A stretch of 64,000 nucleotides of DNA from Selaginella moellendorffii (taxonomy: Eukaryota > Plantae > Lycopodiophyta), in NCBI RefSeq assembly GCF_000143415.4, contig NW_003314359.1, positions 95,477 to 159,476 of the forward strand, read 5' to 3'. This document shows, one piece after another, positions 47,235-58,536 of this stretch (positions within the stretch are counted from its first letter, which is position 1; every line of letters starts with the position of its first letter). The notes under the pieces are model-generated. The model saw only the letters and a list, made by a program, of their open reading frames with translations, was not told the DNA's origin and searched no databases. Both the position numbers and the translations under genes were made by a program.

Positions 47235-50200
47235 CCGGTCTCGGTCTCGACTTCGGACTCCATCTCGGACTCCATCTCGGACTCCATCTCGGACTCCATC
47301 TCGGGTCCATCTCGGGTCCATCTCGGACTCCATCTCGGACTCTATCTCGGGTCCATCTCGGACTCCATCTCGGACTCCATTTCGGGTCCATCTCGGACTC
47401 CATCTCGGACTCCATCTCGGGTCCATCTCGGACTCCATCTCGGGTCCATCTCGGACTCCATCTCAGACTCCATCTCGGACTCCATCTCGGGTCCATCTCG
47501 GACTCCATCTCGGACTCCATCTCGGGTCCATCTCGGGTCCATCTCGGACTCCATCTCGGACTCCATTTTGGGTCCATCTCGGGTCCATCTCGGACTCCAC
47601 TTCGGACTCCAACTCGGGTCCACCTCGGACTCCACTTCGGACTCCATCTCGGACACTCCCACGTGTCATGTGTTGGTCCTTTTGGGTCCCTTTTTGGAGC
47701 CTCGCCTTTTGCTTGCTTCGTGCTCGTTCCTCGAGCACTTCGTTGGGAGTTCCACTCCCGCTCTTGACTTTTCAAGTCGGAGCTTTTGGTCCAAACGTGT
47801 TACGCTCGTTTGGCTCTCGCTTCGGCCACTACCATGTGGCGCCCTTCCGGCTCCACTTTGGGCCTAGGGATTTTGTGTCTCACAACTCCACCACCCATAG
47901 ACGAAGTTCGATGTCCTCATCGAACGGTAAACCATTTTGTAAAGTAACACTCGCATGTGTTACCATTTACATCCTTGGCACCTAGCCAATATTTGTCAAT
48001 GGTTTGACATTCAAGGCTCACCATGCCTTTTGCATATGCCTCAATGGTTTGACACCAAAGGCTCACCATGCCTTGCCTATCCTCTAAGGAGGGTAGTCTC
48101 TCCAACTTAGAAACTGATTGGACCACATGTAGTGGTTCTCTCCTTTTATTGGTTTAATTCTCGCTAAACCTCTTAGAGACCCTTCTCTAAGTCAATCCCA
48201 CTACTCCTTCTTGAGTAGTCTCAATTTCCATCTATTGAATGTTTGCACCTTGGAACTTTTACTCTTTTGACTTTTGGAAGTCAATTTCCTAGGTGTCTCC
48301 AACACCTTGCATTGCATAGATTGTGCAACTCCACTTCCCTATCCTAGGAAGTTCATTACTTGAGGGCACCATCATCCTCTCTTCTATTTCGTGCCACCTT
48401 GGGCACTAAGTTCCATTTATCACACTTTGTGCTAGGGTTGTCCATTGCCCTATCATTTGGCTACCTTACCGCTCCCTCCCTTGGAGCTTCCACTTTCGCC
48501 AAATCAGAGCAATTCGGAATCCATCCTTGGAAACACACTTCCTTTCCCGCAATTTGTTAGTGTCCAACACATCAGTGTTCCTCGCCTAACTTTGTCACTT
48601 GGATTCCTTCCCAGGGATTCCACGGCCCTATCTTGGCCACTCATCTTTTGCTCCTATCCGTTGATTGTTGTACCAAGCAACATCGAATCTCTACCTCCCT
48701 CCTTGAGGTATTCTTTTGATTCCATAGCAAAGGCTCTGCTTTGCCAAGACTAGGGTGTTCGCCCCTAGTAAGTCTCTTTTAGCATCTTCTGCTGTGGGCT
48801 CTATCCTCGGCCCAACTTTGTGACCCTCTCATGGGTCTCTTTAGAGACTACTTTCCTTGGACACACTATGCCATCGCAATGACATAGCTCATTTCCCTAA
48901 GGTGTTTTTCCCACTTGGTCACCTTGACCAAGCCACACCATCATCAATAGTTCAAATCAACACTTTGAACTAGGAACCTTATTCCTTAACCCAAACAAGG
49001 ACCTTGTCCTTATTTAGCCACAAGATCACCTAGTGATCTCACCTCGGCACCTTAACAGGTTTGCCAATAGATACTAAGTCTTCCAGACCTTTAACTTGTT
49101 AACTACGACCCTGGGGGCATCCCCCACACTTGGCGGTGCGCCCAAGCCAGCCCTTCCGGCCAAGGGTCCATAGCAACTGAGATTAGGTGTCCCCATCTCA
49201 CTCACCACGTCTTTGGTGCCACTTGCACCAAAGAGTTCAAGTTAGATATGCCGAGCTTTCACACTAAGCAATCTAACCGTGCATCACGACTCCGAGGCAT
49301 CCCTTGCTTGGCGGTGTGCCCAAACCAGTCTCCCCACTGAGAGTCCATGACCACTGAAATATGAGTGTCCTCATATTCCAAACCATCACCACGCCCTAGT
49401 GATTTGGGACTCGAACCCAAGCACTAGAGGGTCGGGACTCGAACCCAACCTCCATATATGCATCTACGGACGGCATCACACAAGATGCCTGGCGTGACTC
49501 CCCACGCCGGTGCACCAACTTTTTTTTTTTATTTTTTATTTTTTTTTTTTAAAGCGCGCTACAGATCACAGCTTAGGAACCTAGTTCCTCCACACTGCCA
49601 AGTCCTCTCACTTGACATGTCTGTGATCATGCATGGACTCCTCCATGCTTGGCCCCATGGCCCACCCTTTTTGAAGTTATCACCTTCAACTAGGGTATTT
49701 GTTCCCCCGACGTGCCAATCTCGCTTGGCAAGTCCTCCGACCACTGTAACATGGTTCCTGCATAAGCGTGAAAGTTCTTGACTATCGACTTTCGTTCAAA
49801 GCCCTATCTTTGAACACTCGGGAACTACTTCCCTAACCTTGATAGCCTTGCCTCATGGCAAGCTTCAAGACCACGCTTCTGCTGCGCCACTCTGATTTCG
49901 CGCGTTCCATGAACCATTTATACTTGGCCTTTCTAGGTACTAAGCTACCTAGAATTGTCTTTGGGAACCTTGAAGGAACTCTGTCCCTTAGCTTGCTAAG
50001 GCCTCCCTTTTTGCAAGCCTTCAAAATGCCACATAGTCTAATATGGACAATTCCATATTTTAGACTCTCCATGGCATCACGGTTGCTAGCGGCAACACCC
50101 TCGAGCCCCCACTTGATTTTCCACTCCCAGCTGGCATAACCAACCTTGGTTATGCCCTTTGATTTCTATGGTTCAGTTCCATCCCAATACTACTTGCCTT

Positions 50201-53135
50201 TGGCTTCACACCTTTCCTTCGGTCATTCTCCTCCAGACCAGGAGGATAGCTTTGCACTTTCTATCATGCCTTAGCAAGTATTCTTAGGGATGAACCTACC
50301 CAATAGCCCAGGGAGTGGTTCCTCAATCCGGGTATACTCACCTTATAATCCCACACACTGGGATTACATTGTTGCTTATGGGCCTTTACATGCCCATCAC
50401 TAGCCTTGCCAAAATTCCATTTTTGGCTTTGTCCAACTTGGGTAGACAGTCCTCTCCTGTCTCCGCAACCTTGGACATTTGGATAGCACCTTCTATCCAT
50501 CATTCGCTAGGGACTTAGTCCCTTGGGCTTTATCCATTGCCTTCGCGACATCAAACACCACCTTCTAGTGTTCTAGAGTGTCCGGGTGTCCCAATGATGG
50601 CTTTCTTGACAATGAGTATTTCCTTTTATGACATTGACTTACTATATCGCAACACAAGCAACTTATCCCCCGTAAGGGTATATCCAACTTCCTTATGCTA
50701 CTAAGAAGTCTTGGGTAGCTACCTTCTACCCGTTTAACCAGTTATTTTGCACCTCTTGCTTAGTTGCCTCATAGTTGTCAAGTCCTACAACTCATTGCTT
50801 GGTGCTTTCACACCTCCATCATTATCTGGGTCACCACACTCCAACTGCATGCTCTGCAGCTTAGGCTATGTCATTCCCATTTCCATTGGGATTCCTTTGG
50901 CAAGGGGTTCTCATGAACCCACCAACATAGCCTCAAGGTATCACACCTTGGCACATTTGGTGTCTCCACACCATCAGCTCCACGAGCCTACCTCTACGAC
51001 ATTTCCCCTTCGTGTCTAAGTCTTTGCCAAGACCAACACTGCTTTTTCTCATGCCAACCATCCATTAGCACTGCCCCATAGAGGTCACACACAACTTTAT
51101 GTCAAAGTTGTTTTCTTCTGGGAACACCTTTCCCATAACTTTAGCATGGCACATTTTGCCATCGATGAGATACCCTCTGTTCTCATCCTTGGATCTTATG
51201 ATCCCCCCCCCCCATCCTTTGTGGGGTACAACACACCTCAGTCCAAATGCTTCCATCAGTCTTTTTAGAACCATCCCTTGACTCTACTTGAGTCATCCAG
51301 CAGTTTTGGACTTGGTTAATCCACAGACCCGTAAGGTCCTACTTGTGAGGCACTAGCTCACTGGAATACACTTCTTGCATTCCTGTCCTACTCAAAAGGA
51401 CTATTTTCACAAGTGTTACTCCGACACTTGATTTTGTTCTCTGGGGGCAACTTTTGCCCCTTAGGACTACTTGTCCATGCGATGGGAATACCACTCATCT
51501 CTAAGTACACCCCCCAACTCCTTGGGTTGTTCCAGCATTTATTAAAGGTAGCCTCGGCTACCATTTCAAGGACTTGAGTCCTCTCCCGTATTTGACCTTC
51601 CACAGTCATTACCTTTGGTCTCACATTCATGAGCACCAACCTCAACTATATGAGGATAATCTTGTGACTCCTTTATTGTTTTGGAGTCTCTATCTTTCCC
51701 GTGATCCCAACTTTAGTTGTTTACCACAACAACCTTAGTCAATTTGCTGAGACAAATGCTCATCCGGATCACATCCTCAACTCAATGAGGAAAACCTTGC
51801 ACTGTTCCCAAGATCCCAAAGTCGTTCCATTATTGGCCCTTTTCTATCCACCACCTCGTCTACAAGTTCACACATGAACTGTAATGGAGAGCCATATCTT
51901 CCCGACTTGCTACTCCTCAAGGATAGGCCCACTCCTCGGACCTTCCGATGCCAACACTAGTGGTGATATACTTGAGCACCAATAAAAGTCGGACTAAGGA
52001 ACAGCTCTGATACCAAATTGTAAGCAACTAAATTTTTCCATTCTACTTTAGTCACTTAACCACACCTCTGACCACTTGGAGGAGTCTCATTCACAACCCC
52101 CATAAGTCCCATTCAGGACTTGGGGCTTGCTAGCCCTGAGAATGGCATCCATGCCACTCAACCTTTGCACTTGGTCCAAGTGCTCCACGTGTCCGATCCC
52201 ATGACCGACACCCAAAGGTACCACTGACATCTCGGCCCATTACGCTAAGGCCATGCCCATTCCCCTTTGCTGCGCAAATGGTCCAATACCACTTGCATCA
52301 CCATCCCGTCTCTCCAAGACTGGGCCATCTGTCTACGAGGGGTCATCCTAGATCCACTCCTTACCATCCTTAGGATGCCCACAGACCTGGGGAATCGCCT
52401 TCCCCAAAGTCCCTTTGTCAGTTCCTACCAAGTCCCTTTCTGCCCCTGGCCATGTTTGCCAACACTGCCACTGGATCGAGGCCCATAGGCCCGACCACTA
52501 AGTCCCACGGTCCTCTGGGACTTCCTCACCACACGATTGTGTCCTTGGTCACTACCCCAGAGGACTGCTCCTCTTCCTTTCCACAGTCTGGGCCTTTGGG
52601 ACGACATTTCGGAACACCGTGGCCTTACGCGAGCCACCTGGGTACTCTCCCCACCTATCGCCTTTAGGTGCTCTAGCCATAGGCTTAGAGCGAGGTTCCG
52701 TTGAGCCACGCCTGGTATCCAAGTAGGTAGTGCCACCCACACTTGGACTGGGAGCATCGGCCAGTCGATCTCCCGGGGGAACTAGAGCCGGCTCTTGAAC
52801 ACTTCACCAAGCTACCCTACTTGTCGGTCCGTGTTCACTCTAGTCTTGGACTTCCCAGTGGGCAGCTCATCACCCAACACTGGGTCCGGCCTTCCTGGGC
52901 CAAACTGGCCTTTCCTGGCCAAACTGGCTCCACTGCAGTCCTCCCCCTTACTATACTTTTGGAGCTCACCAAACCCCCCAGGGTCTGGGAGACGAACGCT
53001 TTGGGCTTTCACCCTCTCAGGCTTCGGACTCGGACTCGGACTCGGACTCGGACTCGGACTCGGACTCGGATTCGGATTCGGACTCGGACTCGGCCTCGGC
53101 CTCGGCCTCGGCCTCGGTCTCGGTCTCGGTCCCGA

Positions 53136-53179
<44 letters not shown>

Positions 53180-53183
53180 CCGA

Positions 53184-53221
<38 letters not shown>

Positions 53222-53848
53222 CCGGTCTCGGTCTCGACTTCGGACTCCATCTCGGACTCCATCTCGGACTCCATCTCGGACTCCATCTCGGGTCCATCTC
53301 GGGTCCATCTCGGACTCCATCTCGGGTCCATCTCGGACTCCATCTCGGACTCCATTTCGGGTCCATCTCGGACTCCATCTCGGACTCCATCTCGGGTCCA
53401 TCTCGGACTCCATCTCAGACTCCATCTCGGACTCCATCTCGGGTCCATCTCGGACTCCATCTCGGACTCCATCTCGGACTCCATCTCGGGTCCATCTCGG
53501 GTCCATCTCGGACTCCATCTCAGACTCCATTTCGGGTCCATCTCGGGTCCATCTCGGACTCCACTTCGGACTCCAACTCGGGTCCACCTCGGACTCCACT
53601 TCGGACTCCATCTCGGACACTCCCACGTGTCATGTGTTGGTCCTTTTGGGTCCCTTTTTGGAGCCTCGCCTTTTGCTTGCTTCGTGCTCGTTCCTCGAGC
53701 ACTTCGTTGGGAGTTCCACTCCCGCTCTTGACTTTTCAAGTCGGAGCTTTTGGTCCAAACGTGTTACGCTCGTTTGGCTCTCGCTTCGGCCACTACCATG
53801 TGGCGCCCTTCCGGCTCCACTTTGGGCCTAGGGATTTTGTGTCTCACA
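46044..53848 (-). mobile_element. LTR element D (youngest-looking, same family), inserted in the 5' LTR of A
   Basis: Perfect TSD CTACT (46039-46043 and 53849-53853); LTRs 46044-47884 and 52019-53848, near-identical outside the array; PBS TGGTATCAGAGC (complement 52004-52015); PPT complement 47885-47896. Confidence 0.94.
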
Positions 53849-54864
53849 CTACTACATGGCACCCTTTCGGCTCCACTTTGGGGTTAAGGGATTTGTGTTT
53901 CACAATTGGTTGGCTATGCCTGTCTTACAAACTATTCCTACTTACATTTGCATTCCAAGTTGAGTGCTATGAGTTGAGCATGTAAGTGATTAAGTGCTGC
54001 GAGTTGGTGTGCAAATAATTGAGCACCATGAGTTGAGTGTTATGAGTAGAGTATCTAGAGTGCTAAGAGTTGCGAGAGATTGAGTGTGCAAGAAATTGAG
54101 TATTATGGGTGAAGAACTAAATAATAATGCCACCAAAATTGAGTTTCTTCCAATTAGTTTTTCTTCCATTTATATGTTTTTTTATTTTTATTTTTTTTTT
54201 GCTATTGCTTTCAGTTTTTTCTTGCTCTTGTTCTCAATTGGCAATCTTGAGGCACTTTTCATGGCCTAGTGAGCTAGTGTTATTTGAATAACCTCAACCT
54301 CCTAAACCACTAAATTGCCTAAGGTCAAACTAAAGCCAGCCACTTCACATAGTTTAGCAGCTTGAGGGGCTAAGATTATTTAAATAACTTTAACCCTCTA
54401 GGCCACAAAAGGTAGATCAACCTTAGATAGTGTTATAGCTCAACCTTAGGTGACCCCATGGCAATGGTTAAAAACTTTGTGTGTGTGTGTGAGAAAGAGA
54501 GAGAGAGAGATATTCTTTCCCCACATTACTCCCTTAGCATAGTTATACCTAAATGTGGAATATAGAATTTCTTCCTTGCTTCCCATCTTCTTAAAACCTT
54601 AGAAAAAAATTTTAAATGAAGGAATAATATGTAAATATGCAACAGTTGTATAGCTAGTCAAAATGTGAACTAGTCAAATAAAAATATAATAGTTGTAACA
54701 ATAGCCATAGTAAAATAATATAGTTTTAGAAAAGATAAGTTCTTGTTAATTTTGTTTAGTAGAAACTTTTATGTTTCAATATTTTAAAGTTTATTAGAAC
54801 CTTCATTTCTTCAATATAAATTTTCTTTATAAGACTTACATTGAGTTAAACTCAACTCAACTTT

Positions 54865-54931
54865 CCGAACATTGGAAAAGATTAGAAGAGGTTAGACCAT
54901 CCCGAACATTGGAAAAGATTTAGAAGAGGTT
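54865..54931 (+). repeat. 37-bp-period tandem duplication
   Basis: CCGAACATTGGAAAAGATT(T)AGAAGAGGTT appears twice. Confidence 0.8.
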
Positions 54932-55167
54932 GTCCAAAAAAGCATACTCCAGAGTATAGCCAGCTCAAGACACACACCTGCTAAGCTCATTTCACAACCA
55001 GAGATCTTGCATGGTTTCATGAAAGTTCTCTGCTCAAGTGCATTGATATAGGTAGCTGCTTAAGCAAACAAAAAGCTTTAACAAAAAGTTAGTCACTTTT
55101 TTGTCTGTTCTTGGACGGCAACCTCTAGAACTGAATATACATAAAACTTGAAACTAAGGGGTGTGAT

Positions 55168-56212
55168 ATGCCAAATGAATATGTTATACCGTGCTATTGC
55201 AACTATGATTTTGATGTTACTTCTGTTGTGGGTTGTCCATGCCCCACCTAGTTACCCATACCACCCGCAGCCTCTTACAATCTTTCGCAGAAATATTCGG
55301 GGGTTATCATTATCACGGTTTCGAACTGGTATGCGTCAGCTTGTTCAGCATATTTATCGTGTATACAGCGATAATCAACAAATTCAAGTAGGAGGGTCTA
55401 TTTTAGATGTGTGGTTTGGCAACCACACCAGACTAAGGTTCAATTTGCACCTGAATGCGCCTTTAGCTGTAAATAATCAGTTTCTAATCTGTGTTGCTGA
55501 TCCCTCAATCCCCTACATATTTCGTCCCATATATGTAAGGAATTCACTCTTTCGGATTGCTGCACAGATCTTCATGGATGCTGCTAGTGATCCAAATAGC
55601 TTGACCTTCTGTGGATGCATACGCACGGAGTACTTGCATTTTGCAATCGACTATCAGCTTGTTGTCTACAATCATCGCACTTTATATGCAAAGAATTCAT
55701 TTATGATTTATGGTAGCAATCTATATGTAAGGAATTCATCAGTGATTAATGGTGGCAGTTTATATACAAGGAGTTCGTCAATGATTATTACAGACGAAAC
55801 TGATGGTGATCAAGGGAGCTGCTGGAGTTTCGAAAGCTCGCTTGTAGGGAGCCAGGCCAAGGTACCTGGATCTTATCTTCTACAAGGGAATAGTATCAAT
55901 TCTTTGAATGGGCTCTACAGGTTGACTTTGCGTATAGATTGCAGATTAGCTCTAAGGAAAAAGAGTAACCACCAGGAAATCTGGGTGAGCAAACATGATT
56001 ATCATCCTTCTGCTGGATGCTACGCTATACAACAACAGGATGGAAATTTGGTTATCAAGGACAGTTACGGGAATGTTTTTTGGGCGGCTGGAGTGTATTG
56101 CAAGCCCCAACCAGATTGCATTGTGCTCTCTAGTGTTGTTGTGAGAGGAGAGGGAAATGTTTTCATCTATAACCTGGAGACTCGACAAATTTGGTGGCAG
56201 GCACTAAGTTGA
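55168..56212 (+). CDS. Intronless secreted or membrane-anchored protein: unrecognised N-terminal region plus C-terminal bulb-type (GNA) mannose-binding lectin domain
   Basis: 354-codon ORF (55148-56212; first in-frame ATG ~55175) with a hydrophobic N-terminus. The C-terminus has B-lectin signatures SLNGLYRLTLRIDCRLAL, IQQQDGNLVIKDSYGNVFWAAG and VRGEGNVFIYN...IWW. Confidence 0.75.
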
Positions 56213-56421
56213 ATAATGCTTGAATCCATAATAAACACACTAAACTTCCCATCTTTTAGTTTCCTGCTATCATAAGTTCACATGAAGCTTAACAATAAGG
56301 TGCATTGCTCCTTCGCTTTAAAGCTAAAATTAGAAATTCTGAAGAAAAGAAGATAACAAATTTTATGCCTTTTCCTGTTTTTTTCATGATAATAAAAAAT
56401 ATTAATTTACCTTTATACAAT

Positions 56422-58173
56422 CTATGAAGTAATGTTAAATAGCATTGTGCATGGCTCAGAGTCTTCGACTCTTTTGTGAGCCCCAATGTAATTTTGTTTG
56501 CCATACAACTCTGCAATGTATTGGAGAGCTCTTCTACAAAAAAATCGGCCTCCTCTGGGTATCTCCGGAGTGAACCTTTGCAGCCTGGAGTACTCCGACA
56601 GAAGGTGAAACATGTAATTGTATACCTGATCTATGTTAACTTGCTCTCGCATGAAAGCCTGTCCACTTCTCCCAATATTCTGTGCCTGGCAAAATCTCAA
56701 ATTTGATGGCGATGATCAGTGCTTTTCGTGATTAAAAACTATACATATATACCTCATGCGCGTGGGAGTTTCCCCAGTTGACCGCATCTCTCAAAGATTG
56801 GCACATCTCCTCCTCCTTTGAAGAGATTGGCATAAAGTGGATGTTTGGGAGCAAACCTTTTGTGAAGAACTCATCGTACTCCGAGTCCAAATAGAGCAAA
56901 GTGGAGCCACAAGCCATTTTATACTTGAGGCTCGCCGACCATGCTGCTCCCTCAGCATAGATGTTATACCTGAAAGTGGAACATTGGAAGAGCATTAGAA
57001 GAGCTTTCAAAGCTACAACAGAGGACTATAGCCGTGCCTTTGGTTGCACTGTTTGCACAACTTGGAGTTTGCGTATCCAACGTTGGCTTCAGCAATCCAG
57101 TTCTGTAATTGTACCATTGGACACGATCAGCTTAATAAAACTACCACGATCAAATGCTTACTTGGTCAAAGACAAGGGTGCCAAACTCGGTGGAGTTGCA
57201 TCGAGCCAGGAGATTTCTAAGCTTCCCCATTCTCAAATTCCCTTTCCAAAACGCAAGGGGCTGCCTCTTGTTCCATTCAACGTCCTGGGATCCCTGGAAT
57301 ATCTCCTGCGATTCTTGCTCCCAGGGACGAATGTTTACCTCCGGCCTAGCACGGATTTGTCAGAGAATATTTGTTTCTTTCAAAGAGAACAAACTTTAAA
57401 GCGGAGAAAAAAGACCTGACCCAAGAAAAAAGTACAATGAATGATCACGGCTTCACACCAAGTCAATCAGCCAATCAGACCGATTTCAATCGATCAGAAA
57501 ACTACAGGAAAATCTGGAATGCGACGACCAAACACAGATTTGCAAGAGAGAAGAGAAGAAAAATCTCTAAACCTTACCATCCCCAGAAGGAATAATCGGG
57601 AAAAGGGATGTCGAGGCTATGGCGATGGCTGCAATAGCTGAGAACCGGGGCCGGGGCGCCTCCATAGGATCCATCCCTGGGCACGATGGGCCGATCCTTG
57701 CAATTCAAGACAAACTCCACGTCGGGGACGCGATCGCCAAACCTTTCCAGCATCAGGAGCAAGCCCCAGAGCGAGAAGACGCTGCGGCTCTGCGGGCAAT
57801 CGCCGTACGCCCTGACGTACATCCGGCCGCCGAGGATCGCGACGCGCATTGACCCCAGCCGCTGCCGGCGATCCAGGCTCCGCCTCGTGATCCCAGTCGA
57901 TCGCCATGGGGCCAGGTGCTCTCGAATCCTCGCGAAATATCGCGGGCACGACACCGCACCGGCGCTGGCGTTGCGCGATCTTGGAGGCCGCCCGCGATCG
58001 CCGGGAGCATCGCCGGCGGAGCAATGGAGCGCCGCGGATTTGTGGAGCAGGCGCGCGAACCTGGAGAAGAAGAGGAGATCTTGGAGCTCGCTGACGCTAG
58101 AGAGGAGGAAAATCGCGACGAGGAGGAGGAGCGTGAGCGGGAGGACGGGAGAAGAGGAGCCCAAAATCTTCAT
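56422..58173 (-). CDS. GT90/CAP10-like glycosyltransferase, copy b' (inverted paralog of copy b)
   Basis: Same exon structure and motifs as 15471-16941, with a longer first intron (~230 bp). Reading frame appears intact. Confidence 0.88.
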
Positions 58174-58244
58174 TGAATGGCGAGAAAAAAAATTAAAAGG
58201 AGAACCATATGAAGCGGTGATGGACGGCCCAGATGTGTCCAATC

Positions 58245-58386
58245 GCCACGTAGGGAAGGGTACATGGCGTGTCGTTTGACAAGTAGGAATGGGTAAACAG
58301 CGTGTCGTCTACTAAAAACGGATATATCGGATATTCGGAATGGGCTGGACTGCCACGTGGCGCGCGGATCCCACTGTTGACGTGGC
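58245..58386. promoter_or_regulatory. G-box/ABRE cluster in a short divergent promoter
   Basis: GCCACGT 58245-58251, palindromic GCCACGTGGC 58352-58361 and TGACGTGGC 58378-58386 lie between the GT90 b' ATG (58173) and the PPD ATG (58537). Confidence 0.55.
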
Positions 58387-58536
58387 CGGTTTAAAGCCGC
58401 CCTAATTTTAATCTCTATGGATGCGCGCTTTCATCCTCGGCGAGCTCGTCTCCCCAATTCGGCGTCTTCTCGGCTCCGGCGGGGCGATTTCTAGGCTAAC
58501 ATCCCTTGCATTCTCCACAGCAGCATTGCGCCTTCC

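Larger units (their letters stand above)
27147..53904 (-). mobile_element. LTR element A (oldest copy, host of the nest), non-coding LARD-like family
   Basis: 3' LTR 27147-28713, then PPT complement; internal 28714-31488 and 39178-40205; PBS complement ~40191-40202; 5' LTR split into 40206-41022, 45250-46043 and 53854-53904. Degenerate TSD GCTGG/ATTGG. Many C>T and G>A changes relative to B and D. Confidence 0.85.

Noticed and set aside
46768-47985. Long low-complexity ORFs (poly-RS, GL, ES) here and at 31587-32502, 37496-38448, 44470-45303 and 52743-53985, as SR-like or extensin-like genes
   Set aside because: They come from stop-free repeat units in the LTR minisatellite, are open in several frames on both strands, and change frame between sister LTRs.
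26345-54441. Possible DNA-transposon TIRs (CTATCTAAGG ~26359 and CCTTAGATAG 54421) around the nest
   Set aside because: Only a 10-bp exact match, weak extension and no TSD found.
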